Shown here in pieces: positions 38,826-48,559 of a stretch of DNA of 64,000 nucleotides. Positions within the stretch are counted from its first letter, which is position 1. Each line of letters opens with the position of its first letter. The position numbers were made by a program, and so were the translations under genes. Source of the stretch: an uncultured delta proteobacterium (GTDB lineage Bacteria; Desulfobacterota; Binatia; UBA9968); the NCBI GenBank assembly GCA_963771465.1, contig CAVYTU010000013.1:1-64000 (forward strand), in the 5' to 3' direction. The notes below the pieces were generated by a model. That model was given only the letters and a program-made list of their open reading frames with translations, made no database searches and was not told the DNA's origin.

Positions 38826-39962
38826 CTAGACCTGTGGCTCCAGTATTTCTAGTCCATCATACCGGTCCATCAGATACAGCTTGCCGTCTTTGTCGTGAAA
38901 GACGTCGTTGCTCATGACGACCTTCTGGTCTTTGCCGGGATTGGGGATGTAGTAGCCGACTTCCTTCGGTTGGTATGGGTTGGAAAAATCCACGGCGCGC
39001 AGGCCGCCGCCGAACCAGGTGACGTACAACGTGTTGCCGTAAACTTGCTCCGCCGGTTGGTGCGCGCCGAAGCGAAACTCGTGCGTCGACTTGCCGTCGA
39101 AGGGCACGATGAAGGTGGCCACAGGCAGCGGCAATTCTTCCTTGGTGATGTCGACGACCCAGAGAAAGGCATTGTGAGTTTGATTCAGCTTCTCGCCGAC
39201 CTCTTCGTCGGTGACGATCAGCCAGTCGCGCTCCATGATTTTGTTCAACATCGGCAGCGTCGTGTGCGTCGGGCAAGGATAGGGCGGGCTCCAGTCGAGC
39301 ATGCTGACGGTTCTCGGTTTGCTCAGGTTGGAAATGTCCACGATGGCGAAGCCGCCGTGCCAGTAGCTGATGTACAATCGGTCGCCGCGCCGGATCGGAT
39401 GATGGCAGCGCGTGTCGGCGCCTTTGAAGTTCGGCGTTTCGCCGCCGGCGACCCACTGGCCGGGCATCCACCAGCGCATGACTTCTTCCGGCTGCTCGGG
39501 ATTTTTCATGTCGAGCATCATGGCGATGTTGCCTTGATAGCCATCGACCGTCGGCGAGATATAGGCGTAGCGGCCGTCGTAGGTGAAACGATGCACACCT
39601 TTACCCGGCGTCTTGTACATGGCAATCTCGCGCGGTTTGGCGCGATTGGAGATGTCGAAGATTTTCAGCCCGGCCTGGAGTTCCTGTTTCGGTTTATAAC
39701 GCTCGTAGTTGATCAGCATGATATCGCCGCTGACGCGAACTTTGTGCGAGTGCAACCCTTCGGCGATCTCGATATGTGACACGACTTTGGGGTTCTTCGG
39801 ATCTTTGACATCGATGATCGACGTGCCATGCGGCGGGTCCATGTGGCCGACGTAGGCGTAGCCGTTCTCGACGACCACCGAACCGCCGCCGGCTAAATCC
39901 ATGCGGCCGATTTGTTTGATGTTCTTACTGACGCCAACCGGGGCTGTGCCGTTGGTTGCCAT
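38826..39962 (-). CDS. LVIVD-repeat beta-propeller protein
   Basis: Repeated YAYV/YAYI...IIDVKDPKNP, IFDISNRAKP, IVDISNLSKP, AVDFSNPYQP units; His-rich (HSHK, CHH, THT, GAHQ). Confidence 0.8.
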   Translation of the reverse strand: MATNGTAPVGVSKNIKQIGRMDLAGGGSVVVENGYAYVGHMDPPHGTSIIDVKDPKNPKVVSHIEIAEGLHSHKVRVSGDIMLINYERYKPKQELQAGLKIFDISNRAKPREIAMYKTPGKGVHRFTYDGRYAYISPTVDGYQGNIAMMLDMKNPEQPEEVMRWWMPGQWVAGGETPNFKGADTRCHHPIRRGDRLYISYWHGGFAIVDISNLSKPRTVSMLDWSPPYPCPTHTTLPMLNKIMERDWLIVTDEEVGEKLNQTHNAFLWVVDITKEELPLPVATFIVPFDGKSTHEFRFGAHQPAEQVYGNTLYVTWFGGGLRAVDFSNPYQPKEVGYYIPNPGKDQKVVMSNDVFHDKDGKLYLMDRYDGLEILEPQV

Positions 39963-40019
39963 GGGTTCTCCTTTATGATTGGAACTGCAATGTTGAAAAA
40001 ACTTCTTGAGTCAATAGAT

Positions 40020-40083
40020 TGTCATCTCGAACGAAGTGAGAGATCTTTCCGGAAGGATTTCTCAGCTGCGGTTCGGAATGACA
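40020..40083. repeat. REP-like inverted repeat pair (TGTCAT...AGATCT family)
   Basis: tgtcatctcgaacgaagtgagagatct ... gatttctcagctgcggttcggaatgaca. Confidence 0.75.
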
Positions 40084-40106
40084 ATTGAATTCTAATTTGC
40101 GCCCAA

Positions 40107-40745
40107 CTAGCTTTTGGCCTTTTGAATCATGTCAATTACTTGCTGTGTACTTCGCACGCGCGCCATGCGCGGGAAGACGAGTTCCATCAGCATGTCATGG
40201 GCGCGCTGGTCGTGCGACGTACCGCAGGCGTCGCTGGCGACGATCATGTTATAGTCCAAGTCGCGGCCCGAATACATAGTCGAAGTGACGCCGACATCGG
40301 TGGAACCGCCGGAAATGATGATCGTGTCGATGCCGCGGCTGCGCAGCGCGAGATCGAGATAGGTTTGAAAGAATGCGCTCCAGCGGTACTTCACGATAAA
40401 ATAGTCGTCGGGTTTAGGCTCCAGGTCGGCGAGTACGTCGGAACTTTTGTCGCCGGCGATGACGTGCATTTTAGTTTTCGTCACCTCGCCATTGGGCCAA
40501 GGTGTGAGTGAGTTATTGGTATCGGTTAGGATCGCCGCATTGGTCGCGCCATCGGGGCGATGATTTCCCTTGGCGAAAAACACTGGCAGACCGGCGGCGC
40601 GGCCGGCTTTGCTGAGCTTTATCGCGTTTTGAAGCCACGGCTTTAAGATGCGCGGCTTGCCCGGTTCCGGCTCTGGCACGTAGCCGTTCAGAATGTCGAA
40701 GAACAGCAGGGCGGTTTTATCGAGAGTAAAATCTTTGACGTTCAT
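40107..40745 (-). CDS. Isochorismatase / cysteine hydrolase family protein
   Basis: TALLFFD, KYRWSAFFQT.LD..LRSRGIDTIIISG, DLDY...SDAC. Confidence 0.85.
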   Translation of the reverse strand: MNVKDFTLDKTALLFFDILNGYVPEPEPGKPRILKPWLQNAIKLSKAGRAAGLPVFFAKGNHRPDGATNAAILTDTNNSLTPWPNGEVTKTKMHVIAGDKSSDVLADLEPKPDDYFIVKYRWSAFFQTYLDLALRSRGIDTIIISGGSTDVGVTSTMYSGRDLDYNMIVASDACGTSHDQRAHDMLMELVFPRMARVRSTQQVIDMIQKAKS

Positions 40746-40757
40746 CAGGTTATTCTC

Positions 40758-41516
40758 CTATTTGATTTTGATGCCTTGCTTTTCTTTTTCCTCGACGACC
40801 TTCCAGCCCTGATTGGCGAACCACTCGATCTGGCGGAACATGCCGGTCAAGATGCGCACGTCTTTGGCTTCAAGACCATTGCGGCCGAAGATGCGCCGAA
40901 AGGCGAGCAGCATATGCTCGGGATTCTCAGAGTCTAAGAAACCGATTTTGAGCAGCGAATTGCGCATGATGTCGAAGAGCCGTTCGATGTCTTCCGCTTT
41001 GGCGCGTTCGATGCCGTCATTTTGTACCGGCGCCAACGATGCGAGGTAAATTTCGTAGAGGCAAATCACCACGGCTTGAGAGACGTTGAGCGACTGATAG
41101 TCCGGATGGGTTGGAATAGTAATCAGCTGCTGGCAGTGGGCCAAATCCTTATTACTGAGACCGTGGTCCTCCGGCCCGAACAACAACGCCACTTTGTCTT
41201 TCTTCGCGGCGGCGACGATTGCCGATGCGATATCGCGTGGCGTTTGGTTATGGCTGCGATAAAGTCCGGCGCGGCAAGTCGTGCCGACGACCAAGGTGCA
41301 GTCGGCGATGGCATCACGGATGGTTTCGTAACATTTTGCGGCACCAAGAATGTCCCGGCCGTGTACGGCCATGGCTCTGGCCCAAAAGCTTTGCGTGCGC
41401 GCTTTGCCGACGATCGCCAATTCTTTGGCGCCGACATTTTTCATCGCCCGCGCCACCGAGCCGATGTTGCCGGAGCCGTGCGGCCGGACCATTATTACGC
41501 GGAGATTGGTCAACAT
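40758..41516 (-). CDS. trmJ: tRNA/rRNA SPOUT methyltransferase, TrmJ/LasT family
   Basis: GNIGSVARAMKN, ALLFGPEDHGLSN, IPT..DYQSLNVSQAV, VRILTGMFRQ. Confidence 0.88.
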   Translation of the reverse strand: MLTNLRVIMVRPHGSGNIGSVARAMKNVGAKELAIVGKARTQSFWARAMAVHGRDILGAAKCYETIRDAIADCTLVVGTTCRAGLYRSHNQTPRDIASAIVAAAKKDKVALLFGPEDHGLSNKDLAHCQQLITIPTHPDYQSLNVSQAVVICLYEIYLASLAPVQNDGIERAKAEDIERLFDIMRNSLLKIGFLDSENPEHMLLAFRRIFGRNGLEAKDVRILTGMFRQIEWFANQGWKVVEEKEKQGIKIK

Positions 41517-41526
41517 GAGTTAACAG

Positions 41527-41600
41527 TTTGAACGTTTGCAACTTTTTGAACGGCTTGACCTGTTCGGCGGTGCCGTTCAAAACGTTCAAGCCGTTCAATT
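41527..41600. repeat. 9-nt periodic TTGAAC/GTTCAA inverted repeat element
   Basis: ttgaacgtt-tgcaacttt-ttgaacggc facing gccgttcaa-aacgttcaa-gccgttcaa. Confidence 0.75.
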
Positions 41601-41604
41601 CGTT

Positions 41605-41643
41605 AAAAAAAAACGGTCGGCAACACCACTACCGCCGAACGAC
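41605..41643 (-). terminator. Probable intrinsic terminator
   Basis: GC-rich imperfect stem (cggcgg...ttgccg) followed by T9 on the minus strand, just after the stop at 41644. Confidence 0.55.
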
Positions 41644-42297
41644 CTATTTGGCAAACGGGCAGGTGCGGTTTTTTTTGATGACGGCGCGATTCTTAGCGTC
41701 GAATTCGGTGCGGTAGCCGAAGTCTTCGTGCATCAGCGAGTTGATATCCTCGACATGTTCGGCGCCAAAGATATGGCCGAGCTCGTGGATCAGTACAACG
41801 ATGTCAACCTCGGGCTCGGCGTATAGACCGCGGTAGCTGAATACTTTGGTCACGGGGGCGATGATATAGCTGCCTAATCCTTGGCTGCAGTTGCCGATGC
41901 GATCGACGCGCGGCCGGCCGGCGACGAAGTAGCGGCTGACGTTTTCAGCGGTGAAAACGACGGTTACGTCATGGTTGGCGGCGCTCCCTTGCCGTGGAAA
42001 CTCTTTCTGTGCCCGAGCGAGCAGCGTAACCGTCGACGGGATACGTTCTTTTTCTGGCCACGCGGTAACGCTTTGGGTGAGCAAGCGCACAGCGAACTCG
42101 CGTTCGTAATAGTCCGATGCGGCTTCGATCAAGCCGCGCGCTTCGGTGTCCCAGTGCGGATTGCGCGCTCGGAAGGGAACGTCGACGAGCACGTTGACGC
42201 GGACAACTCTTTGCGGCGTGTCGGGAGCGAAAACCGCGCAGGCGGACAGCGAGAGCGCGCTAAGGATTGAGCAGATTATCCGTCGGCGCGTAATCAT
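41644..42297 (-). CDS. Lipoprotein zinc metallopeptidase (metzincin, M12/matrixin-like)
   Basis: Lipobox LSAC, HELGHIFGAEH, Met-turn SLM. Confidence 0.8.
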   Translation of the reverse strand: MITRRRIICSILSALSLSACAVFAPDTPQRVVRVNVLVDVPFRARNPHWDTEARGLIEAASDYYEREFAVRLLTQSVTAWPEKERIPSTVTLLARAQKEFPRQGSAANHDVTVVFTAENVSRYFVAGRPRVDRIGNCSQGLGSYIIAPVTKVFSYRGLYAEPEVDIVVLIHELGHIFGAEHVEDINSLMHEDFGYRTEFDAKNRAVIKKNRTCPFAK

Positions 42298-43768
42298 CGG
42301 TCAAAATCGGCACATCTTCGGGCAGCACTCGGTCATAGTAGGCGATGGCGATGTCTTGAATCGGGTCTGGAAACAACCCCTTGTCGATGGCCGTGGCGCG
42401 TTTGACGATTTCCTTGATATCGATTCTTTGCTTATCGCGGGTCGAGATCACGATGACGTTTTGTATCGTCTCGAGACTGACGTTGTCGGGCCGGCGTGCT
42501 GCGAAAACGTAAGTCTGGGGAAAAACCTGGCGCTTGGTCCGCACAAAGGAGCGGACGATTTTCCCGGACGGTCCGGTGACGGCGCTGATCAAGTTCGCCA
42601 CCACGATGCCGTTGGGGGTGAGTTTTTTCTGCGCCAGTTCAAAAAATTGCTTGGTCGCCAGGTGAAACGGCATGGCGTCGGTAAAGTAGGCGTCGAGCAT
42701 GATGACGTCATATTGATTCTGCGTGCGGGTCAAAAACAGCCGGCCGTCTTGAGCGTGCAAACGCAGGTTTTTACTTTCCTTGACGTTAAAATGATCCTTG
42801 GCGATCTTGATTACTTCGGGATCGAGCTCGATGGCATCGATCTCCAGGTTGGGAAATTCTTTGTTTAGCTTCTTCGGTATCGAGCCGCCGCCCAAGCCAA
42901 TGATCAACATTTTTTTCGCGTCGGGACGAAACGTCAATCCCAAGGAAGTATAGCGGGAATAGACCAGGCGGAGCGCAGCGGGATCTTTCAAAGTCATCGC
43001 GCTCTGCAAGGTGCGGTCGAAATACATGTAGCGCGCTTCATCGTCTTCTTCGACGCGGATGCGATGATAAAATGTGTCTTTTTGCAACAAAGTTTTTGCC
43101 CAAGCCACCGGTGCCCACAACATATTCAACGAGCCGAATAGAAGCCAGCTCGCAGTGACCGCTCGCGTCATGGTAATGCGTTGCAGCCGGATCAAAGGTA
43201 CTACAACTAGCGATAAACAAACCAGCGTTGCCCCCAAAGCATGGATGATGTTGCTGACGCCGAGAGCCGGGATGAGATAAAACGCGGTGAGCAGCGTGCC
43301 CAAAATACTGCCGCAGGTCGACACCGCATAGAGCGTGCCGGCGGTGCTGCCGACAGTGTGCAGTTGCGTCGCCGCCAAGCGGATGACGTAGGGAGAGATC
43401 GTACCGATGAAAACTCCGGGCAACAAGAAAAGCGCGCTGCAAGCGACCAGCGGACTCATCCGGGTGCCGAGATCCATGGCGGCGATCCATTCATTGACCG
43501 CCGGGTAGATAAACGGCAGGAAAAATATCGCGATGCCGGGGATCACCAACAACACAGCAAGCTTGCCGTATGACGGCTCCCGCGCCGACATCCAGCCGCC
43601 CCAATAGTAACCGATGCTGAGCGCGGTCATGACGACCGAAATCAAGCTGCCCCAAACGAAGATCGAGCTGCCGAAAAACGGCGCCAGCACACGGCTGCCG
43701 ACGATCTCGAGCGCCATTAGGACAGCTCCGCTGACGAAAACCACGAGGTAATGGAGAAGCTGCACCAT
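42260..43768 (-). CDS. Membrane-fused spermidine synthase-like SAM-binding protein
   Basis: N-terminal TM block (GAVLMALEIVGSRVLAPFFGSS) and C-terminal IGLGGGS, ELDPEV, DGR.FL, YDVIMLDAY, ILTDDYAP; ATG at 43768. Confidence 0.85.
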   Translation of the reverse strand: MVQLLHYLVVFVSGAVLMALEIVGSRVLAPFFGSSIFVWGSLISVVMTALSIGYYWGGWMSAREPSYGKLAVLLVIPGIAIFFLPFIYPAVNEWIAAMDLGTRMSPLVACSALFLLPGVFIGTISPYVIRLAATQLHTVGSTAGTLYAVSTCGSILGTLLTAFYLIPALGVSNIIHALGATLVCLSLVVVPLIRLQRITMTRAVTASWLLFGSLNMLWAPVAWAKTLLQKDTFYHRIRVEEDDEARYMYFDRTLQSAMTLKDPAALRLVYSRYTSLGLTFRPDAKKMLIIGLGGGSIPKKLNKEFPNLEIDAIELDPEVIKIAKDHFNVKESKNLRLHAQDGRLFLTRTQNQYDVIMLDAYFTDAMPFHLATKQFFELAQKKLTPNGIVVANLISAVTGPSGKIVRSFVRTKRQVFPQTYVFAARRPDNVSLETIQNVIVISTRDKQRIDIKEIVKRATAIDKGLFPDPIQDIAIAYYDRVLPEDVPILTDDYAPTDNLLNP

Positions 43769-43772
43769 TGTT

Positions 43773-45773
43773 TTAACTCTCCCAATTCCAATAAGATCCC
43801 TCGGGCACGAGGGCGACCGGTTCGAGCATGCGCGTCGAGATGCCGTCGATAAACTGCGATGGCTGTGACAATACCATGCGCAAACTCTTGTCGAAAACCC
43901 GTGTCGGGTACGAAATGAATAGATTCTGTTTAGCCCGGGTCGCCGCGACATAGAGCAAGCGACGCTCTTCTTCCAGTTCTTCGGACGAATTGGTGTTATA
44001 GAAGGACGGAAAGCGGCCTTCGAGCGCCCAGATGATAAACACCGAGTGAAACTCCAATCCCTTGGCCGAATGAATCGTTGACAGAACCAGCGGCCCTTCG
44101 TCCGGATCGACGGCGAGCACGCCGCCGATGCTGTCGTTGGGCGGTTCGAGCGCCATGTCGCTGAGCAAACGTTCCAGGCTGCGATAACGCTCGGTCATGC
44201 CCTGGAAATGTTCCATGTCCCTTAGACGTCTGGGATGGTCATCGGGATAGTTCTGTTTCAAAATCGGCACATAATATTGCAGCAAATACTGCGCCTGCTC
44301 GGACGGCAACTCGGCCTTGGCCGCTTCCTCGAACACTTGAGCGAGAGTTCGCAGTCCTTGGGCGATCTTGCCCTTGGCGTTGTAAGAGCGCAGCCGTTCC
44401 ACCGCGCTGCCGCCTTGGAGCAGCCATTTAATAATTTTTTGGCTGGCGCCCGGGCCGATGCCTTCGAGCAGCAGCAATACCCGGTTCCACGAGATCGCGT
44501 CCAGCGGATTGGCGAGAATGCGCAAATGCGCCAGCAAATCTTTGACGTGGGAAGCTTCCATGAACTGGAAGCCGCCGCGCTTGACGAACGGGATTTGGCG
44601 CCGCGCCAACTCGATTTCCAAATCGAAGGAATGAAAACTCGAGCGGAACAACACCGCCATGTCCCATAACGGCACGCCTTCTTCGCGCAGCTCCAAAATC
44701 TTCTGACAGACGAACTGCGACTGCATCTGTTCGCTGCCCGCCTGCACCAGCTTGGGCCGGGTGCCGACGCTCTTACGCGTGAACAGGCGCTTCTCGTAAC
44801 TTTCCGTGGCGCGGGCGATGATCTCGTTGGTGAGATTCAAAATCGGCTGGGTGCTGCGGTAATTCTCTTCGAGCTTGATCAGGCGCGCGCCGGCAAACTG
44901 CTTGGGGAAGTCCATGATGTTGCGAAAATCGGCGCCGCGAAAAGAATAAATACTCTGCGCGTCGTCACCGACCACCGCGACGTTGTCGTGGGTCGCCGCC
45001 AGCAGACGAATGATCTCAGACTGCAAATGATTGGTGTCCTGGTATTCGTCGACCATTATATAGCGATAGTTGTCCGACAGCCGGTTACGGACTTCGGCGT
45101 GATCGGCCAACAGGTCGCGCAGCTTGATCAGCAGATCGTCGTAATCGATCAGCGACTTGGTCTGCTTAAAATCGGCATAGCGGCGCTGCATCTCGGCCAG
45201 CTCCTGATGGACGTCGACCAGATGGGGATACTCGAGATCGAGGAGTTCGTTCAACGGGATATGCTTGTTGTGGGTCATGCTGAAGATTTCCGCGACCGTT
45301 TGTTTGCGCGGAAAGCGCTTTTCCTTGGTGTTGAGCCCCATGTCCGAGCGAATCGTCTGAATCACATCCTCGCTGTCGGGCCGGTCCATGATCGTAAACG
45401 ATGACGCCAGATTGACATGGCGGCCGTGCACGCGCAGGACCAAATTCGCAAACGAGTGAAAAGTTCCGCCGGAGACCTGGCTGCAGCGGCTATCGATCAA
45501 GAGACTCGCGCGGCGAATCATCTCCTCGGCGGCGCGTCGGGTAAAAGTCAGCAGCAAAATCGAGCGCGGATCGATGCCTTGATCGATCAAATGCGCGACG
45601 CGATAAACCAGCGTGCGGGTTTTTCCCGTGCCGGCGCCGGCGATAATCAGCAACGGTCCCTCCACCGCGGTCGCCGCCTCGTATTGCGCGTCGTTAAGCT
45701 CCTTGCGGTAGTCGAGCCCTGAGCTGTTGCGGATCGGTTCGGTGAGGTCTTTGAGGATGTAGGTGGTCGTCAA
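43773..45773 (-). CDS. UvrD/Rep/PcrA family ATP-dependent DNA helicase
   Basis: AGAGTGKT, TFHSF, VDEYQDTN, VGDDAQSIYSFRGA, NYRS, TIHSAKGLEF, EERRLLYVAATRA. Confidence 0.95.
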   Translation of the reverse strand: MTTTYILKDLTEPIRNSSGLDYRKELNDAQYEAATAVEGPLLIIAGAGTGKTRTLVYRVAHLIDQGIDPRSILLLTFTRRAAEEMIRRASLLIDSRCSQVSGGTFHSFANLVLRVHGRHVNLASSFTIMDRPDSEDVIQTIRSDMGLNTKEKRFPRKQTVAEIFSMTHNKHIPLNELLDLEYPHLVDVHQELAEMQRRYADFKQTKSLIDYDDLLIKLRDLLADHAEVRNRLSDNYRYIMVDEYQDTNHLQSEIIRLLAATHDNVAVVGDDAQSIYSFRGADFRNIMDFPKQFAGARLIKLEENYRSTQPILNLTNEIIARATESYEKRLFTRKSVGTRPKLVQAGSEQMQSQFVCQKILELREEGVPLWDMAVLFRSSFHSFDLEIELARRQIPFVKRGGFQFMEASHVKDLLAHLRILANPLDAISWNRVLLLLEGIGPGASQKIIKWLLQGGSAVERLRSYNAKGKIAQGLRTLAQVFEEAAKAELPSEQAQYLLQYYVPILKQNYPDDHPRRLRDMEHFQGMTERYRSLERLLSDMALEPPNDSIGGVLAVDPDEGPLVLSTIHSAKGLEFHSVFIIWALEGRFPSFYNTNSSEELEEERRLLYVAATRAKQNLFISYPTRVFDKSLRMVLSQPSQFIDGISTRMLEPVALVPEGSYWNWES

Positions 45774-45965
45774 GAAAACTCCAGTTGCAGGGTAAAGTAC
45801 CGATTTTTGTTGAGTGGAGCAAGCGTTGCGCGGGCTGGAATCTAGTTTATTCGACGCCGCAATGAGTAGTGTCTTCCAGCGATTTTCAGCGCCAGAGAAT
45901 CACCCGCGCCAACGCGCTATCCGATAGTCGCCGTTTTGTCATTGGCCCGAGGCACGGCGGGATGA

Positions 45966-46592
45966 TTAGCGCTTTGCGGAAAAAATTTGGAATGATTGGC
46001 GGTCGAGGAAGTCGAGTTCTTGCTGGAGCGAGTAACCTGCCTGTTCCATTTCCCGCTTGATAAACTCGCTCGGGGTGTAGTGGCTTAAAAGTCCTTCGAA
46101 CCAGGCGCGCCGGTCAAAGTCGATGATCGCGATCCGGCCGCTTGGCGCCAGGTATGTGCGCAACTTGGTAAAGTAGGCGATGCGATCGTCGAAGTGATGG
46201 TAAGTATTGCTGGTGAATATGAGATCGACGCCGTCCTTCGGCAGCAGCGGGTCATTTGAATTCGCCAGTATCGTTTCGACATTTTTGACGGAATCTTTTT
46301 GCGCCTGCTTGTTGATGAGCTCGACCATCTCGCGATCGACGTCGACGGCGTAGACTTTTCCCGTCGGGCCGGCTGCGGCGGCTAGTTTAAAAGTGAAGTA
46401 GCCGCCGCCGGCGCCGAGATCGGCGATCTTCTCGCCAGGGCGGATTTGCAAGGCGGCGATGACTTTTTCCGGTTGCTGCCATTGATCGCGGTTGATGCCG
46501 CGGTAAGCGCATTGTTTGAGTTGCGCGCAACCGGCGACAAGACCAACGACGACGAAAAATAGCTGAATCGCGCGCCAGGATCTCTTGGCCAT
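45966..46592 (-). CDS. Class I SAM-dependent methyltransferase with lipoprotein signal
   Basis: ADLGAGGGYF, VYAVDVD, TYHH, GRIAIIDF; N-terminal LVAGC. Confidence 0.82.
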   Translation of the reverse strand: MAKRSWRAIQLFFVVVGLVAGCAQLKQCAYRGINRDQWQQPEKVIAALQIRPGEKIADLGAGGGYFTFKLAAAAGPTGKVYAVDVDREMVELINKQAQKDSVKNVETILANSNDPLLPKDGVDLIFTSNTYHHFDDRIAYFTKLRTYLAPSGRIAIIDFDRRAWFEGLLSHYTPSEFIKREMEQAGYSLQQELDFLDRQSFQIFSAKR

Positions 46593-46616
46593 GATTCCGA
46601 TCTATCGCTGGATAGG

Positions 46617-47024
46617 TTAGCGTTCCTGCAATGAGGAGGGAAAATTTTGCGCTACGTGGGCAAACGCTCCGGCGACTTTCTCGCGTAGCTCGACGATGTC
46701 GAAAGGTTTGCCAATAAAATCGAAGGCGCCGTTCTCTTTTGCTTTGTCGGCCAACTGCTGCGAGTTGACCCCAGTTAACATGATCACGGCGCAGCCGGGA
46801 TGAATGTCCTTAATCCGCCGCAGCAGCTCGAAGCCGTCGGTTTTCGGCATCATGACATCGAGCAATACTACGTTGGGCAAAGCTTCTTCAAACTTGGACA
46901 TGGCGATGTCGGCGGACGCGGCTTCGATGATTTGGTACGTCCTGGCGAAAACCATCTTGAGCGACTCGCGCACGCCAAACTCGTCGTCGATGATCATTAA
47001 TTGCGGTGAATCCATGATTGCCAA
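46617..47024 (-). CDS. Single-domain response regulator
   Basis: IIDDE, LLDVMMP..DG, IMLT, GAFDFIGKPF. Confidence 0.9.
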   Translation of the reverse strand: MAIMDSPQLMIIDDEFGVRESLKMVFARTYQIIEAASADIAMSKFEEALPNVVLLDVMMPKTDGFELLRRIKDIHPGCAVIMLTGVNSQQLADKAKENGAFDFIGKPFDIVELREKVAGAFAHVAQNFPSSLQER

Positions 47025-47184
47025 GCTTCGTCGGGAATCGGATTACTGGCCGGGTTCGACTTACTCTTGCACTTAGCTCCGACGCGCGCAAGAGCGGGCC
47101 GGGCGTTTCCAGGAATGGCAAATTACAATCGCCGATTTCAATAGGGCGGAAGTTTGCTGCGAGAATCGGTTTGGGCCGGAGCGG

Positions 47185-48390
47185 CTACCTGGCCGACAGC
47201 TCGATGCAGCGCTGCGGTTGGCTCAGATTCTTGGCGCAGTCCGCGGCGATCTCTTTGGGAGATTTTTCAAAAGTGCCCCTGAGATAGCTGACGCCGTCGC
47301 GAAAGCAAGCTGCTTGGTCGCTGTCTTGGCTCAGCGCGGCGCAAAAGGGCATGGCGTAGCGGCCATCCCAAGTATTGTCGATCAGCGCGTAGATCACACC
47401 GCGTACGCAGTTTGAGCGCGAGTCGCCGCTGGCGAGCTCGCACTTTTCCGCCGTGGCGCGGGTCTTGCCGAGCCGCACATCGTTCGATAGATCGCGGCCG
47501 ATCGAGATCGTACATGAAGTGCTGAACTCTTCGGCCTTGGCGCATTCCTGAAAAATGTTTTCGGTCGCGAGCCCCATTTCAGTCATACGCGAAGTTTGCA
47601 TGACGTAACATTCGTCGCGGTACTTCTTATCCAGTTTGTTACAGGGATAATGATAATCGGTCGGACTCACGTCGCGGCTTTCCGGCGTGGCGTTAAAGAC
47701 GTTTTCCATGAACACGCCGCCGTAGCAAGACGCGCGGCTCCAGTCCTCGCCCATGACGTCGCAGATTTCCAGGGACGGCGCTAACTTGTAAGCGGAAAAA
47801 AACAGCAGCGCGTGGCCGAGGCCGTGCAGACATTGAAAGCGGAAGCGCGGCGCGACATTGGGATCGCAGGCGATGGCGGCTTTCTGCTTAAGCTCGGTAG
47901 TGCTCGGGTGTTTGTTTATTTCCGCGTAAATTTTTTCGCCGCGCAGAAAGCGTTCTACCGAGCCATGATAACAGCCGGAGTGGCAAGTTTGATCGCAAGC
48001 GGTAAACGAGTCGTGAATATTGCCTTTGATGCGGTACGTTTCCCGGCCGATGGCGTGGACGATGGGATGGCAATCGCGCCGGATGTCCGGGTCGTCTTTT
48101 TCCAGCCGTTGAATCGACTGTAGCGCATCGAGTGTCGAATTGGTTCTCAACGCCTCGCGAAACAAATTGTCCAAGCACTCGGCGCCATCCTTGCGGCCCA
48201 TGCAGGACTTGATCGCTTGGCCTGATGGCAGAACCGCTGTCGGCGCCGGCGTTTGCTGGATTTCTTGGGCCGGTGCCGATGAACCTGCGAATATTGCGAA
48301 GATTGCCGCGATTATGATCTTGTTGATCTGTTTGAGTCCTGCGCCAGGCACGAGTATTGCGCTCCTTTTGAATTGGCTAGATTCTAACAA
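47185..48390 (-). CDS. Secreted Cys/His-rich helical-repeat protein, unknown function
   Basis: Signal-like segment IIIAAIFAIFAGSSAPA; CHPIVHAIG, CHSGCYHG, CLHGLGH, CYGGVFME; start uncertain. Confidence 0.7.
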   Translation of the reverse strand: MLESSQFKRSAILVPGAGLKQINKIIIAAIFAIFAGSSAPAQEIQQTPAPTAVLPSGQAIKSCMGRKDGAECLDNLFREALRTNSTLDALQSIQRLEKDDPDIRRDCHPIVHAIGRETYRIKGNIHDSFTACDQTCHSGCYHGSVERFLRGEKIYAEINKHPSTTELKQKAAIACDPNVAPRFRFQCLHGLGHALLFFSAYKLAPSLEICDVMGEDWSRASCYGGVFMENVFNATPESRDVSPTDYHYPCNKLDKKYRDECYVMQTSRMTEMGLATENIFQECAKAEEFSTSCTISIGRDLSNDVRLGKTRATAEKCELASGDSRSNCVRGVIYALIDNTWDGRYAMPFCAALSQDSDQAACFRDGVSYLRGTFEKSPKEIAADCAKNLSQPQRCIELSAR

Positions 48391-48559
48391 ATCCTAAATT
48401 GACTTCAATGAAATCGCCAATTTAAGTCGCTCGACGCCGATTGACCATAGCGTTGCGTCGTAATTCGGCTGCCAGGCCCGCCAGCAGTGTCCACAAAACC
48501 TCTTTTATGTTACATTGCGGATAAACATTTCTTCAGCAATTTCGTCTAAAAGGGTAATT

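Noticed and set aside
16284-39779. Long antisense ORFs such as 16284-17252, 23763-24671 and 38895-39779
   Set aside because: Shadow frames of GC-rich genes with no recognisable motifs.
23632-41600. Periodic repeats as CRISPR arrays
   Set aside because: Units are 6-9 nt with no unique spacers, and no cas genes are present.
43769-43951. N-terminal extension of the SpeE-like ORF
   Set aside because: It overlaps the helicase C-terminus; ATG 43768 just after the helicase stop is more plausible.
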